From positions 1 to 64,000 of the IMG/VR virus record IMGVR_UViG_3300037504_000618: a stretch of DNA of 64,000 nt, one strand, 5' to 3'. Under the pieces are notes generated by a model. The model made no database searches, was not told where the DNA came from, and saw only the letters and a list, made by a program, of their open reading frames with translations. The position numbers and the translations under genes are program-made. Shown here piece after piece: positions 37,426 through 46,233 of the stretch. Position 1 is the first letter of the stretch; each line of letters starts with the position of its first letter. The DNA is from a virus.

Positions 37426-37525
37426 TTAACAGTCGTTTTTTACCCGCGTTATCCCGCCTCAGACCCCCATCTGGGGCGGGGTTGCGTAAGAGAAACAGCC
37501 GTTAAGATAAGTTAACGGCTGTTTT
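37426..37525. repeat. Composite site C (reverse arrangement)
   Basis: TTAACAGTCGTTTT (37426-37439), 52-bp gap, GAAACAGCCGTTAA-GATAAG-TTAACGGCTGTTTT (37492-37525). Confidence 0.9.
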
Positions 37526-37558
37526 TGCTTAGTGTAGACTGCACGGTAGTGACCCGTG

Positions 37559-37586
37559 TTGCACAAATGTTCTATCCGTTTATAAT
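37559..37586 (+). promoter_or_regulatory. Promoter, probably leaderless, with SOS-box-like motif
   Basis: TTGCAC-16-TATAAT with ATG 6 nt downstream. GCAC-AAAT-GTTC overlaps the -35. Confidence 0.55.
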
Positions 37587-37592
37587 GGCAGT

Positions 37593-37841
37593 ATGGAGCA
37601 GATTGTATGGACACCCAAGAGTCACGGTCACAGTTTGGCGCGCGAGCTGCTGAGCTGGTTGCTCAGGTTGCGTAACTACGGGCTGCTTGTGATCTATGCG
37701 GATGAGATCGAGGGCCGTTATTGTTATGTTATGTTACGGGCCAGACCCGCGGATGCGTTGGTCGGTGCATCGACACAACAGCGCGTTTTAGGGGACTTCA
37801 GAAGATTTCTCATAGGAGCGCTGCATTGGGGACTCCAGTGA
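37593..37841 (+). CDS. Hypothetical protein
   Basis: Starts at the predicted transcription start. Confidence 0.55.
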   Translation: MEQIVWTPKSHGHSLARELLSWLLRLRNYGLLVIYADEIEGRYCYVMLRARPADALVGASTQQRVLGDFRRFLIGALHWGLQ

Positions 37842-38038
37842 AGCCGTCCTTGGCGGCGGCGACGGATAGCGACGATATTGAGGCCATCGTGCGCGACATG
37901 GTGACCGGGCTGCGGTTCATACGCAGCGCCGAGGGCTATGGGGAGTTGGTGGTCGAGATCCAGGTGCGGCCCCACGGCATCGCGCAGTGGCGCGTCGCCC
38001 CGGCTTTCTCGCGAAAGCCTCGGTTTAGAGAATCTTAG
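37838..38038 (+). CDS. Hypothetical protein
   Basis: GTGA coupling with the upstream ORF. Confidence 0.5.
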   Translation: MKPSLAAATDSDDIEAIVRDMVTGLRFIRSAEGYGELVVEIQVRPHGIAQWRVAPAFSRKPRFRES

Positions 38039-38050
38039 GAGTGACCCCAA

Positions 38051-38215
38051 ATGTTATCGGAGCAAGCCCAGACTATTTTTCGTAAGTATCTGACGCGCGA
38101 GCCGTACCGGCTGCCCCAAATCCGTATTATGGGGCGGGGATCATTGGAGGAGTTAGACGCGGAGATCTACGGCTATGACCACCACCCCGCCATCAAGGTG
38201 GACGTGATAGCTTGA
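38051..38215 (+). CDS. Small hypothetical protein (54 aa, not in the ORF track)
   Basis: AGGAG RBS: MLSEQAQTIFRKYLTREP...IKVDVIA. Confidence 0.5.
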   Translation: MLSEQAQTIFRKYLTREPYRLPQIRIMGRGSLEELDAEIYGYDHHPAIKVDVIA

Positions 38216-38240
38216 TAATCACCAGAAAGGAGAATGAGAG

Positions 38241-39065
38241 ATGGATGAACGAACGTTAGTGCTCAGGGGCGCGCGGGTAGCATGGTGTGATTCAAAGTGT
38301 CCGCAGTGTGGTGGCATCTATTTTGATGCTGCGTTGGAGAAAGCCCAAGCTTTGCATGATGAGCAGTTCCCTGCTTGCGGGGGCCAACTTGTCATTACAG
38401 GGGCTTCTTGGACTGCGTCTCGCGAGTTGGATTTAGAACAAGCGCAGAGTATCGCAAACGTGATCTGTGCCAAGCTGTCGCCCGTCTGCGAGAAGGTCGC
38501 CGTCGCGGGCAGTGTGCGCCGGGGGAAGGACAAGGTCAAAGATATCGAGATTGTCTACGTCTCCAAAATGGAGGAACGGCGGCAGGATCTTTTTAACTGG
38601 GCGCCATTCCCCATCGCGGAGGATCGCATCGACGATCTGCGGTATGCCGGTTTCTGGCAACTCGATACGCAGGTCAAGCGCAACGGGTCGTTGTATAAGC
38701 GTTTCCGCCTGGGCCGCGAGGGCGCGGGGCCAGTGATCGAGCTCTTCCGCGCGCGCCCGGAGAACTGGGGCTTGATCTATGCCCTGCGCACGGGATCGAG
38801 CGAGTTTATGAAGGCCGTCGTGACGCGTCGCGATGCACGCTGGGCCATCGGCTGTATGCCTACGGATATGTTTATGCGCGACGGCGACCTGTGGAAAATG
38901 ACCCCGCAGGGACGGCAAGTTATCCCCACGCCCACGGAGGAAGCCTTCTTCGGAGCGTTAGCATTGCCCGTATTCCCCCCATCGGAGCGTGAGTATGAGC
39001 GGCTGCTGGCGTGGGGCGTGGCGCGGGGGTTGAAGCGGATGGAGGGAGAAGTGAGGATATTTTAA
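38241..39065 (+). CDS. DNA polymerase X/beta-family nucleotidyltransferase with N-terminal CxxC
   Basis: VAGSVRRGKDKVKDIEIV, WGLIYALRTGS and TPTEEAFF. Confidence 0.85.
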   Translation: MDERTLVLRGARVAWCDSKCPQCGGIYFDAALEKAQALHDEQFPACGGQLVITGASWTASRELDLEQAQSIANVICAKLSPVCEKVAVAGSVRRGKDKVKDIEIVYVSKMEERRQDLFNWAPFPIAEDRIDDLRYAGFWQLDTQVKRNGSLYKRFRLGREGAGPVIELFRARPENWGLIYALRTGSSEFMKAVVTRRDARWAIGCMPTDMFMRDGDLWKMTPQGRQVIPTPTEEAFFGALALPVFPPSEREYERLLAWGVARGLKRMEGEVRIF

Positions 39066-39394
39066 TGGATTCCACTGAACAATCTTTACGCGCGTATCTC
39101 TACGAGCGATACGCTGCCGAGGGCATTACGGAGCGGATGATACGCCTGGTAGAACCTAAAGTCGGCGACAAGGTATATCCGCACCCGCTCCCGCCATATT
39201 TGTATCAGTGCGAACCCTGGACTCTAAAGGCGCAGCTCCGTAACGGCCAATTTGTGGCTGAGTATGTGCGTTATTCTTTGGACGGGAAAGGGACCGCGCT
39301 AAAGACCTTGACGTCGGATGGGGCGCGGGTGGCACGCCTGCGTTACATCTTATGCCATGAATGGCCGGATGTGGCGAAGTTGATGATGCTTTAG
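39065..39394 (+). CDS. Hypothetical protein
   Basis: TAATG coupling. Confidence 0.55.
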   Translation: MDSTEQSLRAYLYERYAAEGITERMIRLVEPKVGDKVYPHPLPPYLYQCEPWTLKAQLRNGQFVAEYVRYSLDGKGTALKTLTSDGARVARLRYILCHEWPDVAKLMML

Positions 39395-39411
39395 GCTTTC
39401 CCTAAACTTTT

Positions 39412-39449
39412 AACAGCCCAACCTTATCACAAGGTTGGGCTGTTTTTTT
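39412..39449 (+). terminator. Intrinsic terminator
   Basis: AACAGCCCAACCTT-atcac-AAGGTTGGGCTGTT followed by a T run. Confidence 0.85.
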
Positions 39450-39651
39450 GTCTCCCCCGCGTTTTTTCGCCGTCCGGGGCCATTGGTGTCCTAGACCATA
39501 TAAAACTATGCGTCCCCCCCTCAAAACGTCTCCCTATGCTTTTCTGGCGCGCTCTTAGCACACGTGTGCTAGTTTTTGGCGCTGATCCTTTCTGGAATCC
39601 TCGGCGTCCCTCACAAAACTCGTGGAAAATTAAGGGATATTTTGGGTAATC

Positions 39652-39688
39652 TCGTGATTGACAACTAAAGTTGACTGTGAGAGAGTGA
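39652..39688 (+). promoter_or_regulatory. Repeated promoter/operator P1
   Basis: TCGTGA-TTGACA-ACTAAAGTTGACTGTGA-GAGAGT-GA. Confidence 0.85.
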
Positions 39689-39721
39689 GGACATCAAACA
39701 AAAACCAGAAAGGAGTAAGCA

Positions 39722-40639
39722 ATGGCAAAAAATGGAGCGTCACGTAGGGTCGAAGTCAACACGGACACAATCACTTTCGGGGTGGAGATCGAGTGCACAT
39801 TACCGGAGTCCTTCATCCAGGAGCGCGGTATCGAGATCGGTAGTTATCGACACGGGGCTGCGTTGCCTGCGCCCTTCCCCATCGGATGGGTGGCGAAATA
39901 CGATAGCTCGGTGCGGGAGAACGATTTGCGATATGAAGCTCTCGAAATCGTCTCCCCGGTCCTCAAGGGCAAGGACGGTTTGGAGGAGGTCCTGGCGGTC
40001 TATGACATCCTCAACGAGGCGGGCGCCACGGTGAACACCAGTTGCGGGTTCCACGTCCACGTCGGGGTGGAATCGGTCCTGGGGGACAAGGCGGAGGTCG
40101 AGGGTATCCTGGTGCGGTGGGTGCGGCGGATGCTGAACCTGGTGAGCAATCACGAACTGGGCCTTTTCGCCATCACGGGGCGCACTTCACGGTTTAATAA
40201 CCACTATTGCAACACAATCACTCATAAGTGGGACGGGAAGTTAACGACCCAGAGTTCAGTGAAGGTCATCGAGGACGAGACAGCGGGGCACAGTCAACGG
40301 TATTACACGTTGAATCTCTGTAACTTAAACGCAGCCTCCAAGCGCACGGTGGAATTTCGGCTGTTCGGGGCGACCTTGAACGGATACCAGGCCATCGGGT
40401 ACATTATCACCGCCATGGGTATTGCGCACCGGGCCGCGCAGGTGGGGACCGCGCCGAAGTTTAAGGCGTCCTACAGCACGGCGGACGTCCCGGACGCGGT
40501 GCGCGACCTTCAAAAACTCCTCCGTAACTACGGGTGGCCGTCGGGGGCGAAAAAGGCGTGGGGGCGGGAAATCCGCCAGGTACAGCGGGAGGCCGCCGAG
40601 CGCTTTGACCGAGATTTGGTCCAGGGGGTAACACGATGA
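39722..40639 (+). CDS. Putative amidoligase (COOH-NH2 ligase, Amidoligase_2-like)
   Basis: TFGVEIE, DSSV, EIVSPVL, NTSCGFHVHVG, RYYTLN and TVEFR. Confidence 0.9.
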   Translation: MAKNGASRRVEVNTDTITFGVEIECTLPESFIQERGIEIGSYRHGAALPAPFPIGWVAKYDSSVRENDLRYEALEIVSPVLKGKDGLEEVLAVYDILNEAGATVNTSCGFHVHVGVESVLGDKAEVEGILVRWVRRMLNLVSNHELGLFAITGRTSRFNNHYCNTITHKWDGKLTTQSSVKVIEDETAGHSQRYYTLNLCNLNAASKRTVEFRLFGATLNGYQAIGYIITAMGIAHRAAQVGTAPKFKASYSTADVPDAVRDLQKLLRNYGWPSGAKKAWGREIRQVQREAAERFDRDLVQGVTR

Positions 40640-41265
40640 AAACGGTTCTCATTACACAGGGGTCTTGGGCGCGGGAAATCGCCCGGACGTTACAGGGTCT
40701 AGGGGCAAGGACACACGTCCTTGCCCCCCACGAAAACGACCTCGAGCAATATGATGCGTACAGCCATATCCTTATCCCCGGCGGGGCGGACATCCATCCC
40801 CAGCACTACGGGGAGGACGTGGTGTGGGCGCGGCCCTACGCGCCGGAGCGCGACCAGGGGGAGATCCCTCTGGTGAAACGCGCCTTGGCGGGGGGGAAAC
40901 CCGTGCTGGGTATCTGTCGCGGACACCAGGTCATCACGGTGGCGGCGGGGGGCAGTCTATATCAGGATATCCAACTAGACCTGGACCTCAGCCACGACGC
41001 GCACACGCATTTGGTGCGGGTCGCGCCCTGGTCGCGGCTGTCCACGTGGTTAGGAGTAGCGGGGCGGTATCGGGTCAATTCTTTCCATCACCAGGCGGTG
41101 AAGCGGGTCCCGGCAGGGTGGCACGTGGCGGCGGAATCCTTCACGGGCGTGGTCGAGGCCATCGAGCACCCGCACCTTCCCGTTATTTCGGTGCAGTGGC
41201 ACCCAGAGCAATTATCGGACCCCGCGTCCCGCAATCTCTTCGTTAAATTCCTGGCATTTGAGTAA
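40636..41265 (+). CDS. Class I glutamine amidotransferase-like / peptidase C26
   Basis: PGGADIHP, LGICRGHQ, VNSFHHQAV and VQWHPE. Confidence 0.92.
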   Translation: MKTVLITQGSWAREIARTLQGLGARTHVLAPHENDLEQYDAYSHILIPGGADIHPQHYGEDVVWARPYAPERDQGEIPLVKRALAGGKPVLGICRGHQVITVAAGGSLYQDIQLDLDLSHDAHTHLVRVAPWSRLSTWLGVAGRYRVNSFHHQAVKRVPAGWHVAAESFTGVVEAIEHPHLPVISVQWHPEQLSDPASRNLFVKFLAFE

Positions 41266-41278
41266 TGGCGCCGCCCCC

Positions 41279-41315
41279 ACCTTCCGGGAAGCTATGACGC
41301 AGCTTCCCGGAAGGT
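41279..41315. terminator. 15-bp hairpin between cassettes
   Basis: ACCTTCCGGGAAGCT-atgacgc-AGCTTCCCGGAAGGT with only a weak T tract. Confidence 0.55.
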
Positions 41316-41329
41316 TGACCATTAAAATC

Positions 41330-41366
41330 TCGTGATTGACAACAAAAGTTGTCTGTGGGAGAGTGA
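41330..41366 (+). promoter_or_regulatory. Repeated promoter/operator P2
   Basis: TCGTGA-TTGACA-ACAAAAGTTGTCTGTGG-GAGAGT-GA. Confidence 0.85.
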
Positions 41367-41394
41367 TGACATCTTAACCGGAAAGGAGTTTGCA

Positions 41395-42381
41395 ATGACA
41401 ACACAGGTACAAAACATTCGAGTGGATCAGATCGTTCCCGGTGACAACGACCGGGAACGTTTTGACCCGGAGGGGCTGCGGGAACTGGCCGACAGCATCA
41501 AGCAGCACGGTCTGGCCCAGCCGATCACGCTGCGGATCTTGTTTCACTGTCAGCGCTGTCAGATTTACGTGACGGCTACGCCCGGCGATCCTTATGAGTA
41601 TTGTGAGTGTTTCGGGGGGCAGTCGTGGACGCCGCGTTATCAGATCGTGGCCGGGGAGCGGCGGTGGCGCGCAGTGCAATTATTGGGGTGGGCACACATT
41701 CCCGCCCTGGTGCGCACCCTGGACGACGAGGCCGCGAGTTCCATTATGCTGTTGGAGAACATCCAGCGCGCGGAGCTGAATCCTATGGAGGAGGCGCGCG
41801 CGTACCAAAAGCGCATGGATCAATTCGGGTGGGACGAGGAGCAGGTGGCGCAGGTGGCCAACGTCCCGGTGCAGCGGGTGCGGTTGCGCCTGGTGCTCCT
41901 GGACCTGGTCCCCGAAGCCCAGGATTTGGTGCGCAACGGGAATCTGGGCGTGAAGTACGGGTACGTGATGCGTGACCTGGACGTGAACCGGCAGCGCATC
42001 GCGTTGCGGTATCTCAACCAGGTGGACACGCCCCGTCTGCGGGAGTTCCGGCAGTTGTGCGCCGATCTCCTGGCGCAACAGGCACAGGAGGCCATGTTCG
42101 ATATGGCCGCGTTTATGAGCGAGGTCCAGGACCTCCGCGAGGCAGAGGCGGCGAATCGCGGGGAGCGCATCATTCCCGTCTCCGAGGACCTGCCCGGGGT
42201 GCGCAAGGCCAGTTCGGTGAGTCAGGCGTTGGAGCGGTATATCCGCGATCTATTGGACGGGGGGCACAAGGACGCGGCCATGGTGGTGGGGACCGTGTAT
42301 CGGGGGTTGCTGTCGCAGCACCTGGTGGGATTCCCCAAGGGACCGAGTCCCCTAATCCCCGGTGAGACGTTGGAGGCGTGA
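41395..42381 (+). CDS. ParB/Spo0J-family protein with Cys-rich insertion
   Basis: GAAAGGAG RBS before ATG 41395. LRELADSIKQHGLAQPI, IVAGERRWRA and ENIQRAELNPMEEA. CQRC..CEC insert. Confidence 0.9.
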   Translation: MTTQVQNIRVDQIVPGDNDRERFDPEGLRELADSIKQHGLAQPITLRILFHCQRCQIYVTATPGDPYEYCECFGGQSWTPRYQIVAGERRWRAVQLLGWAHIPALVRTLDDEAASSIMLLENIQRAELNPMEEARAYQKRMDQFGWDEEQVAQVANVPVQRVRLRLVLLDLVPEAQDLVRNGNLGVKYGYVMRDLDVNRQRIALRYLNQVDTPRLREFRQLCADLLAQQAQEAMFDMAAFMSEVQDLREAEAANRGERIIPVSEDLPGVRKASSVSQALERYIRDLLDGGHKDAAMVVGTVYRGLLSQHLVGFPKGPSPLIPGETLEA

Positions 42382-42382
42382 G

Positions 42383-42616
42383 ATGAAAAAGCAACAGCGG
42401 TTATTCGGTGAGGAAACGCTACCTTTGTTTTCCGGTGTCCCGCAGCGTGGCGCGGTGGGGGTCTTTGATCCCCGCCCCGCCGTTACGCAGGAGACGTTTG
42501 TGACGTGCCGTTTCTGTCGGGACACGGGCCGGGTGGGTGAGGGGTTCTGTTGGTGTGCGGCCGGGCAACGGGCACGGGCGCGACAATCTAAAAAAGCAGG
42601 GGGTGAATTATGTTAG
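42383..42616 (+). CDS. Small zinc-finger protein
   Basis: CRFCRDTG..FCWC. Confidence 0.6.
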   Translation: MKKQQRLFGEETLPLFSGVPQRGAVGVFDPRPAVTQETFVTCRFCRDTGRVGEGFCWCAAGQRARARQSKKAGGELC

Positions 42617-42939
42617 CACAGGTGGAACAATTGAGCTTGGCGGTCAAGATCCGGCGGGCGGTCGCGGCTGCGTCGCGGTACAGCGAAGCCCACGACTGTG
42701 AGACCTTCGTGGTGGTGGATGAGGGCGTCGTCTGGGGGACCGGGCGGGACTATCGGTATGGGCATTTACAGGGGGTCCCGGAGTACAACGTCATTTGGAA
42801 CCGGTACGACGGGTACTATCCGGAGTGGTATTGGGTGCTGGATTTGGATGCAGATTGGTGCGCACGTTTGGCGCGTCAACTCGTGGACGTGCAAGCTGAT
42901 CTGGCGCAGCTCCAAACTTTCCTACAGGAGGAGGGCTGA
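42610..42939 (+). CDS. Hypothetical protein
   Basis: Coupled ORF, 109 aa. Confidence 0.6.
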   Translation: MLAQVEQLSLAVKIRRAVAAASRYSEAHDCETFVVVDEGVVWGTGRDYRYGHLQGVPEYNVIWNRYDGYYPEWYWVLDLDADWCARLARQLVDVQADLAQLQTFLQEEG

Positions 42940-42973
42940 GCAATCAGCCCTCACTTTTAAAACTCGTGTAATT

Positions 42974-43010
42974 TCGTGATTGACAAACAGAGTTGACCGT
43001 GGGAGAGTGA
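42974..43010 (+). promoter_or_regulatory. Repeated promoter/operator P3
   Basis: TCGTGA-TTGACA-AACAGAGTTGACCGTGG-GAGAGT-GA. Confidence 0.85.
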
Positions 43011-43040
43011 GAGTATCTTATAAACCCAAGGAGGTTGTAA

Positions 43041-43262
43041 ATGTCGGAGCAAATCATTATTTTGAACGAGGAGAGCAGCAGTCCGGTGGTGGTGAGCCGT
43101 TACGTGTTGCACGGTGGCGAGCGTTTGGGGATTCGGTTGTACCATCGTTCGGAGGACGGGGAGTTACTCGCCACGCGGAGCGGCGTGGACCTGTTGATCG
43201 AGGGCGGTCTGGCTGCCCAGGCCGTTGAGGCGTTACAAACGTTGTTAAAGGGCGCGTCCTAG
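43041..43262 (+). CDS. PC4/p15-like ssDNA-binding protein, paralog 1
   Basis: AAGGAGG RBS. Closely similar to the next ORF. Confidence 0.7.
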   Translation: MSEQIIILNEESSSPVVVSRYVLHGGERLGIRLYHRSEDGELLATRSGVDLLIEGGLAAQAVEALQTLLKGAS

Positions 43263-43330
43263 TACGCGCGACATCAATCAGGGGGACCGAGGACAATCCC
43301 GGTCCCCCAACGAAACCAAGGAGGTTTTCA

Positions 43331-43555
43331 ATGTCGGAGCAGAAGGTCGTTTTGAATGGTGAGAGCAGTAGTCCTATTGTGGTCAGTCGCAGTGTGTATC
43401 GCGGGGTGGAGCGTTTGGACATCCGCCGCTATTACTATGCAACGGGGGATGGGGAATTGCGCCCCACCAAAAAGGGCGTGAGCCTGCCCATTGAGAGTGG
43501 TTTAGCGGCCCAGGCCGTGCAAGTCTTGCAGGCCATGTTGAACGGAAGTGACTGA
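43331..43555 (+). CDS. PC4/p15-like ssDNA-binding protein, paralog 2
   Basis: YRGVERLDIRRYY..GELRPTKKGVSL PC4 signature. Confidence 0.85.
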   Translation: MSEQKVVLNGESSSPIVVSRSVYRGVERLDIRRYYYATGDGELRPTKKGVSLPIESGLAAQAVQVLQAMLNGSD

Positions 43556-43787
43556 GATGTCTACAGCATACGCGCTTAATCAGAAAGCACAAGTAACACG
43601 TGAGGATTTGCAGGATATTTGGAGACGACTACGCGGTAAGCCTTTGGCACAGGAGCACATAGGCGGAATGCTACGCTTCGCAAATGGACTGTTGCGGGAT
43701 TGCAAGCGACGTCATCCACACAGCGTTCAATGTATTGCGGAAGTCGAATTTGGTGGCGTGGACTTTCGTTTTTGCCGTCCAATGTAG
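43548..43787 (+). CDS. Hypothetical protein
   Basis: Overlaps the upstream stop codon. Confidence 0.5.
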   Translation: MTEMSTAYALNQKAQVTREDLQDIWRRLRGKPLAQEHIGGMLRFANGLLRDCKRRHPHSVQCIAEVEFGGVDFRFCRPM

Positions 43788-43869
43788 ATGCGCTTTAGTA
43801 CGCGCGTAATCAAGGGGGACCTAGTGTCATCGCGGTCCCCCTCACAAACACCAGAAAGGAGATGTTGAA

Positions 43870-44457
43870 ATGTTTGAGGAAGTTAAGCAGTTACGGGAGA
43901 AGGCAGCCCAGATCGTGCGGTATCTATCCCCGTGGGAGTTGGCCCCGGTGAATCCCCGGGTTGACAACCTGGTGCAGCTCGTCAATACTCAGGTGGAGGG
44001 GCCGGCGATCATGCTGCGGTTGCGCAAAGGACGCATCAGCTTCTCCGGGCAGTATCCGCACCCGTATTACCCCTCCGACCCGGCCGAGCGGGCCTACATC
44101 ACGGTGAGCGCGAGCCGGTCCCCGCAGTCCATCGCCGGGGACGTGCAGCGGCGGCTTCTGCCGAGGTATCAGAAAAGTTACGCGGCGGCCGTCGCGCGGC
44201 AGGAGGCGGACGAGGCGTATGAGCGGCGCCGGTGCGACGCCTTGGAGATGCTGGCGGCGATCAGCCAGATGCCGATCTCCCATCACAACGACCGTGAGCC
44301 GCAGATCTATCACTATGCTCATCCTCCGGGGACCCTGGCCCGGATCAAGATCCGCACCTATTCCCTGGACGATACTATGCAGGTGGACTTAGACCTCGAC
44401 GGTATCCCCTTCGACGTGGCCAAGCAACTGTGTCGGGTTTTAAGTACGATTTCCTAA
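43870..44457 (+). CDS. Hypothetical protein
   Basis: AGAAAGGAG RBS, 195 aa. Confidence 0.75.
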   Translation: MFEEVKQLREKAAQIVRYLSPWELAPVNPRVDNLVQLVNTQVEGPAIMLRLRKGRISFSGQYPHPYYPSDPAERAYITVSASRSPQSIAGDVQRRLLPRYQKSYAAAVARQEADEAYERRRCDALEMLAAISQMPISHHNDREPQIYHYAHPPGTLARIKIRTYSLDDTMQVDLDLDGIPFDVAKQLCRVLSTIS

Positions 44458-44467
44458 TCTCCAAATA

Positions 44468-44497
44468 AAAAGGGGGGCGAAATTTCGCCCCCCTTTT
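44468..44497. terminator. Perfect 30-bp palindrome, bidirectional terminator
   Basis: AAAAGGGGGGCGAAA|TTTCGCCCCCCTTTT. Confidence 0.8.
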
Positions 44498-44506
44498 CTT
44501 ATAATT

Positions 44507-44543
44507 TCGTGATTGACAACAAAAGTTGTCTGTGAGAGAGTGA
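44507..44543 (+). promoter_or_regulatory. Repeated promoter/operator P4
   Basis: TCGTGA-TTGACA-ACAAAAGTTGTCTGTGA-GAGAGT-GA. Confidence 0.85.
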
Positions 44544-44570
44544 GAGCAACTTAATCAAACAGAAAGGAGC

Positions 44571-45278
44571 TTGAAGATGGAGCAGACAACTTTTTTACAG
44601 GTAGAGAGCGGGTATCGGGTGGCGGACTTTCCGGCGTCCGAGCGTCCGGTCAATCGGCTGCGGGAGGTGGGGCCGCGTGCGGTCTCCAACGCGGAGCTGC
44701 TGGCGTGCATCTTGCAATCGAGGGAGGCCCTGGATCAGGCGAACGCGCTGTTGGTGGAGATGGGGGGACTGGCGGGCCTGGTGCACGCGGACGCGGTGAT
44801 GTTCGAGGCCATTCGGGGGATCGGACCGGCGCAGGCCGCGCGGCTGTACGCGGCAGTGGAACTGGGGCGGCGTCTCAAGGCTGAGGCCCCGTTGGAGGTA
44901 CAGATCCGCGCCCCGGCGGACGCGGCCAACTTCCTATTCCCGTTGATCAGCATGGAGGAACAGGAGAACTTCGTGGTACTGTACCTCAACACGCGGAACC
45001 AGGTGATGACCCACGAGGTCCTCTATCGAGGGACCCTAAATACTTCCGTCGTGCGGGCTGCGGAAGTCTTTAGGGGCGCAATTCGGCGCAACAGCGCGAC
45101 CATCGTCGTGGCGCACAATCACCCCTCGGGTAACCCGGACCCCTCGGCGGAGGACATCGGGCTGACGCGCCGCTTGGTGGAGGCGGGACGCTTGGTGGAG
45201 GTGGAGGTGCTGGATCACCTGGTCATCGGGCACGGGCGGTATGTGAGTTTAAAGGAGCGGCAGTTGGGGTTTGATTAA
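44571..45278 (+). CDS. radC: RadC-family JAB domain protein
   Basis: ERP.NRL..LSNAELLA, HhH motif GIGPAQA, AHNHPSGNPDPSAED and LDHLVIG. Confidence 0.93.
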   Translation: MKMEQTTFLQVESGYRVADFPASERPVNRLREVGPRAVSNAELLACILQSREALDQANALLVEMGGLAGLVHADAVMFEAIRGIGPAQAARLYAAVELGRRLKAEAPLEVQIRAPADAANFLFPLISMEEQENFVVLYLNTRNQVMTHEVLYRGTLNTSVVRAAEVFRGAIRRNSATIVVAHNHPSGNPDPSAEDIGLTRRLVEAGRLVEVEVLDHLVIGHGRYVSLKERQLGFD

Positions 45279-45373
45279 CGGACGTTTTTCAGCGCATTAA
45301 ACGGGGCAAAAACCGCAGTTTTAGCCCCGTTTCCCCTTAATAACTTCCGTTAATTTGACTTATCAGACGTTTT
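45275..45373. repeat. Composite site D (reverse arrangement)
   Basis: TTAACGGACGTTTT (45275-45288, contains the radC stop), 51-bp gap, ATAACTTCCGTTAA-TTTGAC-TTATCAGACGTTTT (45340-45373). Confidence 0.85.
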
Positions 45374-45471
45374 CTTCTATAATGAAGGTAATAGGTTAGC
45401 CTGTCAGTAGATATAAATTCCGGGGCGATCCGCTTAGGCGGGTCGCCCCTTTTCGTTTTCTGAGGTACTTA

Positions 45472-46233
45472 ATGACTGAAGACAGTGCAAAAGGGAAAAG
45501 GGACATCCACAGCCTCGATGATTTGATCCTCGACGACCACAACGCCAACCAGGGGACCGAGCGGGGGATGTGGTCATTGCAGGAGAGCCTCATTCGCTTT
45601 GGCGTGGGGCGCGGGGTCCTGGTGGACCGCCTGGGGCAGGTGATCGGCGGCAATAAGACCATCGAGACCCTGGCGAAGCTGAATCCCGACGTTAAGGTCG
45701 TGGTGGTCCCCAGCGACGGGGACACGTTGGTCGTCACGCAGCGCGTGGACCTGGACCGCGAGACGGACCCGGCAGCGCGCGAGCTGGCGGTTGCGGATAA
45801 CCGCGTGGCCGAGCTCAACCTGGCCTGGGACGCGCAGCAGATCGTCCAGGGCGTGGAGGATGGGCTGGACTTGGCGGCCTTTTTCCATCAGGATGAGATC
45901 CGCCGCCTGGGGCTGGAGGCCGATGAGGAGGAGGATGAGGACCTCGACGAAGAGCCCGACTACGACCCCGTGCCGGAGATGGAGATTCAGCCCTTCGAGC
46001 ACTATGATTATGTGATGGTGGTTTTCCGAAATACCTGGGACTGGGCCAAGGCTGTGGATTTCCTGGGTATCGAGGATAGGGCTTTCGCGTTTACGTCGAG
46101 TAAGGGGAAGCCCCATCGTAAAGTGGGTTTATGCCGCGTGCTGGATGGCGCGCGGTTCTTAGAACTTTTACAGAACAAATGCGAATCGTCATCCCCAGCA
46201 GAAAGCGCGTCAACGCCTGCCGCGACGTCCTGA
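45472..46233 (+). CDS. ParB/Srx-fold N-terminal protein of the type found beside DNA-modification genes
   Basis: DDHNANQG..SLIRFGVGRGVLVD..VIGGN..LAVADNRVAELNLAWD, followed by an acidic linker. Confidence 0.7.
   Translation: MTEDSAKGKRDIHSLDDLILDDHNANQGTERGMWSLQESLIRFGVGRGVLVDRLGQVIGGNKTIETLAKLNPDVKVVVVPSDGDTLVVTQRVDLDRETDPAARELAVADNRVAELNLAWDAQQIVQGVEDGLDLAAFFHQDEIRRLGLEADEEEDEDLDEEPDYDPVPEMEIQPFEHYDYVMVVFRNTWDWAKAVDFLGIEDRAFAFTSSKGKPHRKVGLCRVLDGARFLELLQNKCESSSPAESASTPAATS

Noticed and set aside
39412-39540. Partner composite site for site D
   Set aside because: GGCTGTTTT belongs to a terminator stem. There is no TAA-N6-TTA core and no arm at 51-52 bp.
41332-41394. ORF-track N-terminal extension of ParB and the 42980-43228 ORF
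   Set aside because: Both start inside the repeated promoter element. The real starts follow the RBS at 41395 and 43041.
44468-44497. Protelomerase telomere site
   Set aside because: Short, flanked by A/T runs like a bidirectional terminator, and no protelomerase is recognisable.
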